Positions 49,801 through 59,746 are shown, counted from the first letter of the stretch. The stretch is DNA of 64,000 bases from Candidatus Anstonellales archaeon (GCA_038890745.1 JAWAFD010000002.1:160001-224000); one strand, 5' to 3'. The notes: generated by a model not told the origin, from the letters alone. Program-made: numbers and translations.

Positions 49801-51560
49801 CAATAGAAAACTTCAGTGTCGGAATATATAATGACTACCGGCCAGGATGGTATGCTGGGAACAATTCTCTCATATACCACAATTTCTTTAGAAATATTAC
49901 AAACTATTATGTTTGGTGGGATTCGCACCTTACAGTATTTTTAAACACTTCAGTTTCAGGGGTTGCGCAGGGGAATTATTATGACGACATTCTAGAGTAT
50001 CAAATATACGATTCTGATGATAATAGCTACTGCGACTATGGAGACCAATACCCATACGGAAACCCGCCAACTGCAAAACTTCCTGCCACCCCGCCTTGGA
50101 AGGACTATGGACCCATAATCCTAGGAGGAATATACGATCATCCTAATGGAGAGAATGAATCCGCCTATTCAGCATTCTACCTCAACAAATACATCTATGA
50201 TTTGGAAAGGCACTACACTACTTCCTTTATTCGCTATAACCACTCAACCCAAGGATTAAGACTTATGGTAAAAGGCCATTTCCATTTTGGGGACGTAAAC
50301 ATAAGCAATGCGAGCATATACACAGGTGCTTTGGAAACTGGCGGAAACTACACAGTTATAAACGCCACCTCTGCGGCGGGAATAAACGAAACCATCTCAT
50401 TTTTTGTTCCAAACTTTTTGGACCAGGGGGTTTTTGTCTGCCCGAATGCAGAATCCCCGCAGGAGCTTACTTACAACTGCGAAGGATATACCTCTTTTGA
50501 CATTACAGAATGCGAGGCAGGAACAACAAAAAATGGAATAACAGTGAATTTAATAACTTTCCTAGGTCAGGAATACTACAACATTACGCATGCTCAAAAA
50601 AGGGGAGGGGCAGGGGAGGAGATAGGTGCGAACCTTACGATATGGGACACGAGCGATAACGAGACAATTTGCCCAGGAGAAAACATTACATTTTTTGCAA
50701 ACTATTCAAACGCAACTTCTGGTGAGCCAATCCTGAATGCAGACTGCAACATAAGTTTTGAGGATGGGGTTTCTGCGATGATGTGGTACAACGACTCAAG
50801 TTTGCTTTATGAATACAACAGAAGCTTTGATAACCCAGGAATATACTACTACAATGTCACATGCAATGCGACCGATTATCCAACGAGGTTTAGAGAGGAC
50901 CATGCACAGGTTTTTATATGCGGGGTGTATCTCTATGGAGTAAATGTTACGGTTATTAACATAAGCAAGTATAATTATACTTATGAGGTAGGGAGATATC
51001 CTCTTAGGCCAGGAAATATTACGAACCTTAATATAGACATGAATGTTTCTACAGAGAAATGGGCAGGCTTCTATGGCAATATCAGCAATGGAACATACTT
51101 AGTTTTAGGGGATGCGGTAGGAAATTTTATGTATAAATGGCCATGGGGAGGGGAGGAAGGAAAGGGAAGGGTTGTGTGCACAAGCACAAACGGAAGTTTG
51201 TACTTCATCAACCTTACCGGTGCTCTTGGAAGCGAGATAGATACAGCATGGAATTTCCTTCCGAACGCGGCTGATTCTGGAACGAACACATTCAACCAGC
51301 AGTGCGACATTACTTTTGGCGCGTATACAATACAAAATGCTGCATGCAGGCCTACAGGGTATTGGAATTTCTACACCCGTGCCCTCAAAATCTATCCGTG
51401 GCTTGGTCATAAGGACCAGATGGTATTCTGCACAAACATCACCTCTGCAACAAGCTTTGTGGATACTCCAGTTGATTTTGAGCTTATCGTTCCTACAGAA
51501 TACGGAATGGGCAGCGGCCCTCCTTATGAAATATACTATTTCTATGTATCCATAGAGTAA
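46869..51560 (+). CDS. Large (1563 aa) beta-helix surface protein with C-terminal TEGGNVT-type domain
   Basis: Signal peptide; beta-helix repeats; Ig-like domain; PGNITNLNI..STEKWAGFYGNI...DFELIVP...YYFYVSIE. Confidence 0.9.
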   Translation: MSIRVLRFAFALFLLLSIFNAVDLSTCGSLSSNTYYEVTQDLNTGDSQTPCLVAYGVSNVVVNLKGYSVRGIKIQNSANNITIENGSLALPGNYFGSFAYLKIYIRDSSNITIKNVSHYAYCTSPGCSGPEIANSMNVYFYEVSSTLPSDARGGNPSVFFGIQNTTNATFERLKYSFPDSLGHCTALAWTAILIDSSGSGAKKSNNIVIKQSEITGSCNGILSYTENLTLYNNIIDTYDVQIWPKYCNNNITSNMGKNSLYPIVYMEHNSSQTYSPGSVSQLIFCNISNFQVTGPTAIYGGILLVNSSNNTFNGFSTNTTYTGIVFDRSKDNKFYNGGMHNGVYGVLFYATDGVASTGNSFENTSSSNITDRVFGGCGVRGECVCNFSVKNASLNGFPAWFNTTTNGITVSNVNLNELTFCDVENSTVSNVNITNGTGFWSFSSANILVENSNISNAHYHNLFSYLDDNITIRNSDLSYFRVDPSAQWAYSHSTMFSRSQNITVENITSYETNGFAVYIGTNANVFNSKIINTKSGGCYYCSFSLGFSGTNAWAENNTVISDETNLYGIVLGIAYNYLGGNITARNNTIMGKYVGIALSNHPGYPQPNNNIVNITRNLIQNSSYGIMINPSTTNITEISFNRIENKIASRGSTACMYSVGSSYRGMNVSIFNNTMYNATYGYYASYGIRDHIFNNTICNVNTVFYLYHSTEIYIGNNSICDDIYTPIDIVSDNSQECAHGVNFTVNETNPVYFSNIDDVVFENNDSIAQIFLCNVSRARVQNITMRRENAQYGVWAVLTRYSNITDFRCYNMNSNVYCVYFKHLDFENRVKDSIIVNNTYGIRISENSNTTHVYNNTFENNTYSVYLEGYLNNISTNSFKNPKSEGVEVYLYALNSNNNTISNNTFTQLTNGYAFKIVYKSASGNVFEWNTVNGPGEYYSPIWISGQSNTFRFNTLNGTKTSSGFLNRANGSVFYNNTIENFSVGIYNDYRPGWYAGNNSLIYHNFFRNITNYYVWWDSHLTVFLNTSVSGVAQGNYYDDILEYQIYDSDDNSYCDYGDQYPYGNPPTAKLPATPPWKDYGPIILGGIYDHPNGENESAYSAFYLNKYIYDLERHYTTSFIRYNHSTQGLRLMVKGHFHFGDVNISNASIYTGALETGGNYTVINATSAAGINETISFFVPNFLDQGVFVCPNAESPQELTYNCEGYTSFDITECEAGTTKNGITVNLITFLGQEYYNITHAQKRGGAGEEIGANLTIWDTSDNETICPGENITFFANYSNATSGEPILNADCNISFEDGVSAMMWYNDSSLLYEYNRSFDNPGIYYYNVTCNATDYPTRFREDHAQVFICGVYLYGVNVTVINISKYNYTYEVGRYPLRPGNITNLNIDMNVSTEKWAGFYGNISNGTYLVLGDAVGNFMYKWPWGGEEGKGRVVCTSTNGSLYFINLTGALGSEIDTAWNFLPNAADSGTNTFNQQCDITFGAYTIQNAACRPTGYWNFYTRALKIYPWLGHKDQMVFCTNITSATSFVDTPVDFELIVPTEYGMGSGPPYEIYYFYVSIE

Positions 51561-51600
51561 CCATAATGTTTAAAAACATATGTATACATAAAAAATAACC

Positions 51601-52461
51601 ATGAAATGGGGTAAGAAGATTGCGCTCGCTGCTGGAATTACTCTTCCTGCAATTGGTTTAGGAGCAAAAGAAGTAAAAGCAGATCCGTTTCCAGGTCAAC
51701 CCCTCCAAGTTTCACACTTGGATCAACAGGCGATGGATTATCTTTATGGATTACGCCTTCCAATGATTATAGATAGTTTAAACGAAAGAATAACCATTTA
51801 CAAGAAAATGTTACAGTCCGCCGAAAATAGATACCCTGACCTTACTTTTATTTCTCGCATCCTCTCCCAAAGTGGAGTTGCCATGGACCGCATAGGAGAC
51901 CAATCCACTTTAATAACAGGAGTAACTTCAACACCAACAACAGCAATTGTTTCAGTAATGGATATTCTAGATATAAATAGTTCTGGTGTTGTTCAAGGCG
52001 TGAAGTTAAGACCAGAATATCGCAAGAAAGCAGTTTGGCTTTTCGGAGAGACAGAGGTATGCGAATTAGAGAACGCCCTCTCCAAACTTTTCACAAATAC
52101 CATGGACGAGTACAGAGTTGATTATATAAGTCCGGGAGGGACGAGTAAGGGCCAGTCATCTTCCACTGTTCCAAAATGGTTAGATGCTCTTGATGGAAAG
52201 TATGTTTACATGCTTGTTAAAATAGTTATGTTGGTTAATGGAATTAAACCGGAAGATGTTGCTGCTTACAGTAAAGACCTTGATACTGCGTATAAAGAGA
52301 TTCTATGGTTAATGTTTCAGATCAATTGCGCGACCAAGGCAAAGAGTTTGGCAGAATGGCTATCAGAACACGGCGCTGACCCAAATATTCCATACGAAAT
52401 AAAAATGCAAAAGTATGATGAATTAAAAATATTACTTAAACAGCTGGGGATATACATCTAG
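51601..52461 (+). CDS. Hypothetical exported protein
   Basis: MKWGKKIALAAGITLPAIGLGAKEVKA signal-like N-terminus; helical body; T-rich terminator. Confidence 0.7.
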   Translation: MKWGKKIALAAGITLPAIGLGAKEVKADPFPGQPLQVSHLDQQAMDYLYGLRLPMIIDSLNERITIYKKMLQSAENRYPDLTFISRILSQSGVAMDRIGDQSTLITGVTSTPTTAIVSVMDILDINSSGVVQGVKLRPEYRKKAVWLFGETEVCELENALSKLFTNTMDEYRVDYISPGGTSKGQSSSTVPKWLDALDGKYVYMLVKIVMLVNGIKPEDVAAYSKDLDTAYKEILWLMFQINCATKAKSLAEWLSEHGADPNIPYEIKMQKYDELKILLKQLGIYI

Positions 52462-52537
52462 TTCCCTCTTTTTTCTTTTTTATCCATTCCCATAAGCTTT
52501 ATAAATATTAGAAGAGTAAGTAAATAACGGTGAAAAC

Positions 52538-55500
52538 ATGTTTGTTTTTCAGGCAGGTAAAAAAGCGCAAAAAATTAGGGAAGAGGAGATTTCGCCGAAA
52601 CAGTATGTAAAAAATTTTTTAACTACAAAAGGCGTTTCTCTTGAAGGTGCTTGGGAAGATTTTTTTAATTTTATTGAAAAAAAAGGGAAAAGTGCAGATA
52701 ATCCATACCTCGATATAATAGTTGTGCAAGGAGAAGAAAAAGCAAGTAAGCTCGCAGATGCTTTAACCATTCTTCATGATTATATTGCTCAATACTTCGG
52801 TGTAGATATCAAAATAAGCCGACAAGGAAAAGTAGTTAGTTTAGAGAGAGTTGATGTTATACCTCAAAAACCGGAAATCGCAGGTGTACCTTCAAAGCTC
52901 CCTCAAGCCCCGGCCCCGGCATATCAACCACCCCAACCCTGGGAAGAGGTTGAGAGGGCAAAGGAAGAGCTCGGAAAGAAATATCCTACTGTTGTCGAGT
53001 TCCATTCTTCGCAGGAAAAAGACTACTGGCTCGCTCAAAGAGACCCTAACAAAGAAGAGTGGGAGGTTGTAGGCCCATTTAGAAGAGAATTTGACGATAC
53101 CCTTCATGCTGAAAAGATAAGGGTTTATGCCACGAGTATGGGTAAGTATACAGCAATCTTGTGGGTTGTCCCAGACTACATTCATGCCCTCAAGTTTTAT
53201 ATTGATAATGCAAGAACCTACAATGCAAAGGACGCCTCAGCAGTGAGAGATAACTTAGGAGCGCCCGGTGGTTTTCTTGCAGCTCTTTTCAATGGTCAAG
53301 CAGATTTTTTAACTCACAAAAAAAACGGGGAACTTGTTAGGAGCTTTAAAGGTGATCCGAGAAAGTTGGCAGCATTTTTAAGCAGGGGATGGACAGGAGT
53401 GTTGTATGGTAGTGAGAAAAAGACGATATCCAAACATTCCGAAAAAATAGACGAGCTAATGAACTTTGCTAAAGGTTCATTTGATAATTTAAGAGGAGTT
53501 CTTCCAGATGATAGTTGGGTTGCTTTTAAAGTCGGTGGAGAGGCCATGGCCGAGTATGCAATTCGACTTGGTCTCATAAACGAAAAGATAAGGGATGATT
53601 ATGCGAATGCGTTTGCATTCGGAATGCTTGAGATCTCTTATTTTGAATCAGGTTTGTCACTAAAAGACTTTTTTGCTTGGTATAGAGGAGAAGATACAGG
53701 ACGCATAGATCCTGATACAGTAATAAGAAATATAATCAAGGTGAAGGAAGGAAATAAATATAGGCTTTTTTACGGTGGAGAGGAGATAACCGAACCTACA
53801 GAAATTGTTTTTAGCCCGTATAAAGATTTGATGATAACAGATAGCAGCGGTAATATGCTTGCCCATCTGCGCATTACCCATTCAAACTGGTTGTATAGGA
53901 GAAGTGCGTGGGAGGGAAATAAGGATTACAGTGAATTAATTCAGAAAGGCGTGTTTAAAACATCCGTTGACAAATGGTCCTGGCTTGGAATAGGAGTGAC
54001 CGTTATTTACCATCCAGTTAATAAAGAGATTAGTTTTGATATTGTTCCTGGGATTTCAGAAGAGGTTTGGTTGGGCGGGGTTAAACCTAAGCCAGAAGAA
54101 ATTAGACCTCCAGAGGAAAGAATGGCAAACGCTTTTAGTATAGTTGGCGATAGAGAATTTCGGATTGTTGGAACCGGATTTAAAACAAACGGAAGGATAA
54201 TAGCATATGGAGAAACAGATATAAAAGATTTGAGGGATGATCCTAATTTCTCTCTTAACTATATCGCATATTCTTCTCCTCTCCCAAAACAGGAGATGTG
54301 GTTCCCCGGGTTAAGAGGAAAGAAGGAGAGGTATGTTGCGTATATTCTCCTTCCGGCTGGAGAAAGCATTCAAGACCGACTACCTTCCTGGATTAAAAAG
54401 TGTGAGAGTGGGATACAAAATGGAGCCTTTGTTTATGAGGATTACAGGTATGATCTCATTCTTACTACAAAGGACGGAAAACAGATGAACGTTCTACCGG
54501 GTGTTTCTGTAAACCTGATACAAAAGGGTCTTAAGCCAGAGTACCTCCAGTATGAAATTAATCCAGACGGTACTTATGATATTTATGTTTGCTTAAATAA
54601 AGATGGAGAGATAGTTAGACGGCCAGACCCTGAGAAAATTAGGAATAGAGAGTATTACATTGAGACAATAGCTACGGGGGTTAACACAGGAGGCTCTGAA
54701 ATTGTGAGCGCTTCGTTTGTAGATAATAAAAGAACCGGGCTTGATATATATGCGGTTGTTAAATTAGACAAGGATGGCACAGCAACCCTTCAAGACGCTG
54801 CAAGGATCGTTGGCCATGAGTTTGACTACAAATGGTTGGATGAAAAAGGATACAGAAAAGTGTATCTTGGTTCTCTTCCATCCTCCAGGGTTGTGGAAAC
54901 CGCACCCGGGGAAAAATCATACCATATTCTCCCAACAGATATTAGTTCAGACTGGCAACCCCTTCTAGTTGGAACGATTCCTCCTGAATTGATAAGAGTA
55001 AGCGCAGATGGAAAAACAGGAGAATTTACAGCAGAACTTTATCCGACTGTTGCGGTGCAGAAAGGAATAAAGAACTATTATGTAACCTACTACATGAATT
55101 ATAAGGGGAAGCCGCCTGTTTCTTTTGATTTTGCTGGCCTGCCTGTTTCTGTTGAGACGCTCGCAAGTAAAGACGCCGAAACAAGAAAAGCCGCGATAAG
55201 CCAACTTCTTTCACTCTCTCAGAATCCAATGTCTTCTACTGAAGCATCAGACTATATGGGACTTATTTCAGAAGTAGAAGGAAAATGGAGGGACAGGCTT
55301 GATGAGGAAGATAGGAAAAACTTGGCAGCAGCAAGGGCTAACTTTGAAAGATACTCTGGAATAGCAAGAGGAGGAGAGATTGCGGCGGGGGTGAGCGAGA
55401 GACTACCTACGCTTCCGGAGCCGCAGTATACACTCTCTATGAATCAACAGAGTATTACTGGACTTACCACTGCAGATATTCCTTCGCAGTGGGATAGGAT

Positions 55501-56734
55501 ATGGGGGATTCAGGATGATCAAGCAAAACTCCACCGATTTAGCGAAGCTGTTCATGCTCTTGGGGTAGGATTAATGTTAGATGTTGGGGAAGAGCGAGAA
55601 AAAGCAAAACAGTTTGGTTATGAATTTTTAAAGGCCTTCATCCCAAACCCAAAACCCTCATTTGAGGACCTTACCGAGGAGGAAAAAAATGCTATTGCTG
55701 CGATGGTTTATGGAAAAGACTATGGGCAGCTTGGCTCTGTTCAGAAAACAAATGTTGCGAAGATCTATTCATTGCTGATAAATGGGAATATAAAAGAGCT
55801 GTTCGAAACACCGGGTTTAATAGAGGCTACAAATTTAGAAGGTATAGTAGATCCGATTTCTAAGATGGAATTTCTTTCTAAAATAAATGAGAATGTTATG
55901 AGTGTGGGGGACATTATTCTTGATTGGAGAAGTGGTGGTACTGCTGCAGGCGAGCTCGGTGCTCCGACAGCCGGGTTGGCTGCAAACCTAGGTGCTTTTG
56001 TTGACTTTATAGATACAGAGTATAAACGCGGGAGATTGCAGCTTATTAAAGTTGAAGAAACAGACCCAGAAACTGGAAAGAAAGAAATACACTATGCTTA
56101 CGGTGGGCTTGATATTGCTGATAAAAGAAGGCTTGGTATAGAACCAAGACTGAGAGGAGAGATAACAGCACGTCTTCCAAGCGGCATTAAAGCAACCATA
56201 AAAGGCGGAGTTGGATACAGAGCAGAATTTGAAAAGGGTGAGCGAGGAAGAGGGAGATGGACTTCAAATGTAGGGATGGAGATTGGAGACATACGAATTC
56301 CACATACTAATGTTGTTCTTTTAATAAATGGCGATTGGGGAAAGATACCTGCTCTTCGCGGTATGGAGGAACGCACTACTGTGAGCGGAACTGCATCCTT
56401 TAATCTTTTAGTTCCCCACTCAGCAACGATAGGTTTGAGAAGAAGCGTATACACACGTGAGGGCGAGGTGGAAGAACTTTCTCCTACTGGAGTGGAAAGG
56501 ACAGGTTTTGCAGTACTTACATCCACGCTATACGAGACTCCTGAAGGTAGGAAGCTCTCATCCAATCTCTCTGCTGAGGTTGATAGATTGTCAAGGCAAG
56601 GCTGGAAGAGATGGGAGATTGGAGGGGAGTATCAGGTTGCTCCTGGTAAAACATTCTATGCGGGGATTGGACGTGTCAACACACAGCTAGGAATATATAA
56701 TACTTTTAGGATTGGTTTTCGATTGAGGATCTGA
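52538..56734 (+). CDS. Large hypothetical protein with C-terminal amphipathic beta-strand (beta-barrel-like) domain
   Basis: 1398-aa ORF, GGTGA SD, no signal peptide; last ~200 aa are alternating strands ending TFRIGFRLRI. Confidence 0.75.
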   Translation: MFVFQAGKKAQKIREEEISPKQYVKNFLTTKGVSLEGAWEDFFNFIEKKGKSADNPYLDIIVVQGEEKASKLADALTILHDYIAQYFGVDIKISRQGKVVSLERVDVIPQKPEIAGVPSKLPQAPAPAYQPPQPWEEVERAKEELGKKYPTVVEFHSSQEKDYWLAQRDPNKEEWEVVGPFRREFDDTLHAEKIRVYATSMGKYTAILWVVPDYIHALKFYIDNARTYNAKDASAVRDNLGAPGGFLAALFNGQADFLTHKKNGELVRSFKGDPRKLAAFLSRGWTGVLYGSEKKTISKHSEKIDELMNFAKGSFDNLRGVLPDDSWVAFKVGGEAMAEYAIRLGLINEKIRDDYANAFAFGMLEISYFESGLSLKDFFAWYRGEDTGRIDPDTVIRNIIKVKEGNKYRLFYGGEEITEPTEIVFSPYKDLMITDSSGNMLAHLRITHSNWLYRRSAWEGNKDYSELIQKGVFKTSVDKWSWLGIGVTVIYHPVNKEISFDIVPGISEEVWLGGVKPKPEEIRPPEERMANAFSIVGDREFRIVGTGFKTNGRIIAYGETDIKDLRDDPNFSLNYIAYSSPLPKQEMWFPGLRGKKERYVAYILLPAGESIQDRLPSWIKKCESGIQNGAFVYEDYRYDLILTTKDGKQMNVLPGVSVNLIQKGLKPEYLQYEINPDGTYDIYVCLNKDGEIVRRPDPEKIRNREYYIETIATGVNTGGSEIVSASFVDNKRTGLDIYAVVKLDKDGTATLQDAARIVGHEFDYKWLDEKGYRKVYLGSLPSSRVVETAPGEKSYHILPTDISSDWQPLLVGTIPPELIRVSADGKTGEFTAELYPTVAVQKGIKNYYVTYYMNYKGKPPVSFDFAGLPVSVETLASKDAETRKAAISQLLSLSQNPMSSTEASDYMGLISEVEGKWRDRLDEEDRKNLAAARANFERYSGIARGGEIAAGVSERLPTLPEPQYTLSMNQQSITGLTTADIPSQWDRIWGIQDDQAKLHRFSEAVHALGVGLMLDVGEEREKAKQFGYEFLKAFIPNPKPSFEDLTEEEKNAIAAMVYGKDYGQLGSVQKTNVAKIYSLLINGNIKELFETPGLIEATNLEGIVDPISKMEFLSKINENVMSVGDIILDWRSGGTAAGELGAPTAGLAANLGAFVDFIDTEYKRGRLQLIKVEETDPETGKKEIHYAYGGLDIADKRRLGIEPRLRGEITARLPSGIKATIKGGVGYRAEFEKGERGRGRWTSNVGMEIGDIRIPHTNVVLLINGDWGKIPALRGMEERTTVSGTASFNLLVPHSATIGLRRSVYTREGEVEELSPTGVERTGFAVLTSTLYETPEGRKLSSNLSAEVDRLSRQGWKRWEIGGEYQVAPGKTFYAGIGRVNTQLGIYNTFRIGFRLRI

Positions 56735-56738
56735 AAAC

Positions 56739-58538
56739 ATGAGAAATTTGCACATCTTAATATTGCTTTTTCTTCTTTTGCTTTCTCTTTCTTTTAGTTC
56801 AAAAACTTCAGATACTACAGTTTCTACATCGCTTTACAAATGCAACACTGTAGAAAGTAGTTATTCAGTAAACACAAAACTCTATTTTAAAAATGTTTTC
56901 AAGGTTTCACCAGAAAGCGGCGTCGTGGTTTTGGACCCGGGGGAGGGAGGCACGCAATCAGACTTAGGAGATAATGCCGTAATCTGTCCAGGTAAAGTTA
57001 CCCTCTCAAGCAAGGTGGATGGGGAATATGCTCATGGATCTCAATGGAGCGCAACTGTTGATGTTTTATCTGGTGATGACTCTGGCTATGCTGACTACAA
57101 TCAGGTATCGCCCGGAAGGTTTAAGTTTTCTTCAAATTTGTATCAGGACTACTACACCGCAACATGGGAATATGGCATTATTCCTGATTTCAATAGAGTA
57201 AACGAAAAGGTGAAATTTTGCTGGAAAATAAACGACTGTACAGATGATACTACAAAAGGTGGGAGCGGGGGCGCGGTTAAATCAAAAATTAAGTTTTCTG
57301 CAGGTAGTCAAACCTATGAGACACCATGGCTAGAAAGTGATTCTTCTTCTTGGACGGTTTCTCTTAGTGAAGGTTCATATGAACTAAGCTCTGTTTTGAG
57401 TATAAATGGAGCAGTAATTGGAATAGCTCGGGACAATACACAAAATGATAATTATGATAGCACACATTTTTTTGCATTTACAAAGTTGGGTTTTTGTAAT
57501 GATGACGGCGGTGCGTTCTCTACTTCCCTTCCTAAGGCCAGCATCCGCATACAAGTCCTTAACGCCAACGATGTGAGTATGGAGCTTGTCTCGCGACAAC
57601 CCGGTGATCCAGTCCCGCTTCCAACAGACATGACAATCGTGGTAAAGAATACAGGGCCCATTTCAATAAAAGTTACTTCAGCATCCATAACGCCAGGCTA
57701 TTCGATTAGAGAAATCTCAGGGTTTGGCGAAGAGATTCAAGCTGGCCATCAGCACACCATTAAGGTTCATCTTGAAGCAACCCAAACCCCTCCACCAGCG
57801 TCCGGAACGATAACTCTTAAATACCAGTCAGTTGGACCGACATGCGATGGAACAGTTAAAACAAAAGACCTTAACTTTGGAATAAGCACTGAAGTAGGAA
57901 AGCCAGACCTTTCCCCCAAAATAACCTGGCGCCTTCCCTTACCTTTCTACGAGGGTGATGCTGCTGGGATCACAATACATGACTGCAACCAACTCATTAA
58001 AGCAGGAGCGCACGACTCAACCTATTCCATCAAAACCAATGATGGCAATAATATTATAAAAGAGGAAACGGTTCGGGTTGGAGAGCTGGATGCTGGCAAA
58101 TGCCAACAGTTATATAATGGTAATGTTGTGTGTACAAAAAACATCATTGTTACGGTTTGCAGTGATGTTAAAAATGAAGTGGATGAAGGGGGCAATGAGG
58201 GTAATAATTGCATAACAGAAACGCAGGCATGCTCTGGAGCAGAAGAAGCAGGCAACTGTACCATCACTCCATCATACGCAACCTTCATCCCGCCTTCAAG
58301 CAAATACTTTAAGCTTACCTGCGGCGCTGCTTACTGCACTGAAGCAAAATGGAAGCTTGAGGATTTAGATGAGCACGTTTCTGCTTCGGTTGATAATTAT
58401 GGGGCAACGGTCTATGTTGATGCAGAGGCGCCTCCTCAAAAAGGAAGGCTCGTTGCCGATGCAAAATTGAATGAAGAAAAATACACATGTTCTTCTGTTA
58501 TAGATATTATAGAGAGCGAGTGCGAGGATTATATATAA
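56739..58538 (+). CDS. Secreted Cys-rich Ig/CARDB-domain protein
   Basis: Signal peptide; KPDL...DVKNEVDEGGNEGNNC CARDB-like motif. Confidence 0.8.
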   Translation: MRNLHILILLFLLLLSLSFSSKTSDTTVSTSLYKCNTVESSYSVNTKLYFKNVFKVSPESGVVVLDPGEGGTQSDLGDNAVICPGKVTLSSKVDGEYAHGSQWSATVDVLSGDDSGYADYNQVSPGRFKFSSNLYQDYYTATWEYGIIPDFNRVNEKVKFCWKINDCTDDTTKGGSGGAVKSKIKFSAGSQTYETPWLESDSSSWTVSLSEGSYELSSVLSINGAVIGIARDNTQNDNYDSTHFFAFTKLGFCNDDGGAFSTSLPKASIRIQVLNANDVSMELVSRQPGDPVPLPTDMTIVVKNTGPISIKVTSASITPGYSIREISGFGEEIQAGHQHTIKVHLEATQTPPPASGTITLKYQSVGPTCDGTVKTKDLNFGISTEVGKPDLSPKITWRLPLPFYEGDAAGITIHDCNQLIKAGAHDSTYSIKTNDGNNIIKEETVRVGELDAGKCQQLYNGNVVCTKNIIVTVCSDVKNEVDEGGNEGNNCITETQACSGAEEAGNCTITPSYATFIPPSSKYFKLTCGAAYCTEAKWKLEDLDEHVSASVDNYGATVYVDAEAPPQKGRLVADAKLNEEKYTCSSVIDIIESECEDYI

Positions 58539-58600
58539 GCAATTGGCATTACCAGTGAAGGGTTGGACTTTGGGCAGAAAGGGGTAAGCTTAGCGCATGA

Positions 58601-58639
58601 AAATTACTTACCAATGGTAAGTAACTTACCAGGGGTAAG
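58601..58639. repeat. 39-bp direct repeat, copy 1 (two CTTACC-N3-GGTAAG dyads, abutting TATA box)
   Basis: AAATTACTTACCAATGGTAAGTAACTTACCAGGGGTAAG identical to 59723-59761; followed by TTTTTAAA. Confidence 0.95.
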
Positions 58640-58669
58640 TTTTTAAACCTTTTGAATAACTAAAACCTT

Positions 58670-59746
58670 ATGTACTTTGACCCTGAGCCAAAGGAGAGTA
58701 GAAAGGACGTTTACAACTTTGAGCAGGAATACGATGCGTTAAAAAAGTCAATACTTGGGCGGGATAGGATAATAGTCATAAAGGGACTGAGGAGAACAGG
58801 AAAAACTACGCTGATGAAGGTTGTATACAATGAGTTAAAAGAAGCAAAATGTTTTATAGATGGTAGGGTGGTTGAGCCAAGACAGAGCGCAGTTTATTCT
58901 GCTCTTCTAAATGCCGTCGCAGGAGCAGTAACAGAGAAGTACGTGGGTGTAAAGGCAAGAGAAATAATTGAAGCGATAAGATTTGAGTTTATGGGTATTA
59001 GCCTTTCGTTAAAAAAGGAAAGAGCACTACGTTTCTTTTCGGATGTAGATAAGGTGCTAGAAAGAAAAAAAGAAACCCTGATCGTGTTTATAGATGAAGT
59101 GCAGAGAATAAATCCTGGAAATATAGATGGTATAATAGCGCATGTGTTTGAACACACAAAAAACATAAAATTTGTTCTTGCCGGTTCAGAGATAGGATTA
59201 CTGGATCAGGTTATAGGAACAGATGCTAAAAGCAGCTTATATGGTAGACCAAAAAAAATTATTCAAATACAAAAGTTAACTGAAGAACAGGCAAAGGGAT
59301 TCCTAAGAAGTGGCTTTAAGCAAGCTGGTATAAAGATGGAAGAGGATGAAATTGAGAGAGTAGTTGAGGTTCTTGATGGGGTAATAGGATGGCTTACGTT
59401 ATTTGGGTACTATGCGATTGAGGAGGGAAAGAAGACCGCACTTAAGAAGGTTATAGAAGAAGGTGCAAAAATAACTGCAGAGGAGATAGAGAATTTTTTG
59501 AGAGGGAGGGAAATCGCAAGAAGGAAATATCTTAGGATTATGGAAGGATTGGTTGCTGGGCTAAGATGGATCGAGGTGAAAAGACTTCTCGAAGCAGAAG
59601 AAGGAAAAAAAGTAAACGATAAAATGGTTTCAAAATATCTTGCAGAACTTGAGAAATATAGTTTCATAGTAAAAACAGATGGAAGGTATTTCCTTTCAGA
59701 CCCCATGATACAAAGGGGCGTGAAATTACTTACCAATGGTAAGTAA
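58670..59746 (+). CDS. Archaeal AAA ATPase (ATPase_2 family) with C-terminal winged helix
   Basis: YFDPEPK, GLRRTGKTT, FIDEVQ, AGSEIG, LYGR, DGVIGWL, YFLSDPM. Confidence 0.92.
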   Translation: MYFDPEPKESRKDVYNFEQEYDALKKSILGRDRIIVIKGLRRTGKTTLMKVVYNELKEAKCFIDGRVVEPRQSAVYSALLNAVAGAVTEKYVGVKAREIIEAIRFEFMGISLSLKKERALRFFSDVDKVLERKKETLIVFIDEVQRINPGNIDGIIAHVFEHTKNIKFVLAGSEIGLLDQVIGTDAKSSLYGRPKKIIQIQKLTEEQAKGFLRSGFKQAGIKMEEDEIERVVEVLDGVIGWLTLFGYYAIEEGKKTALKKVIEEGAKITAEEIENFLRGREIARRKYLRIMEGLVAGLRWIEVKRLLEAEEGKKVNDKMVSKYLAELEKYSFIVKTDGRYFLSDPMIQRGVKLLTNGK

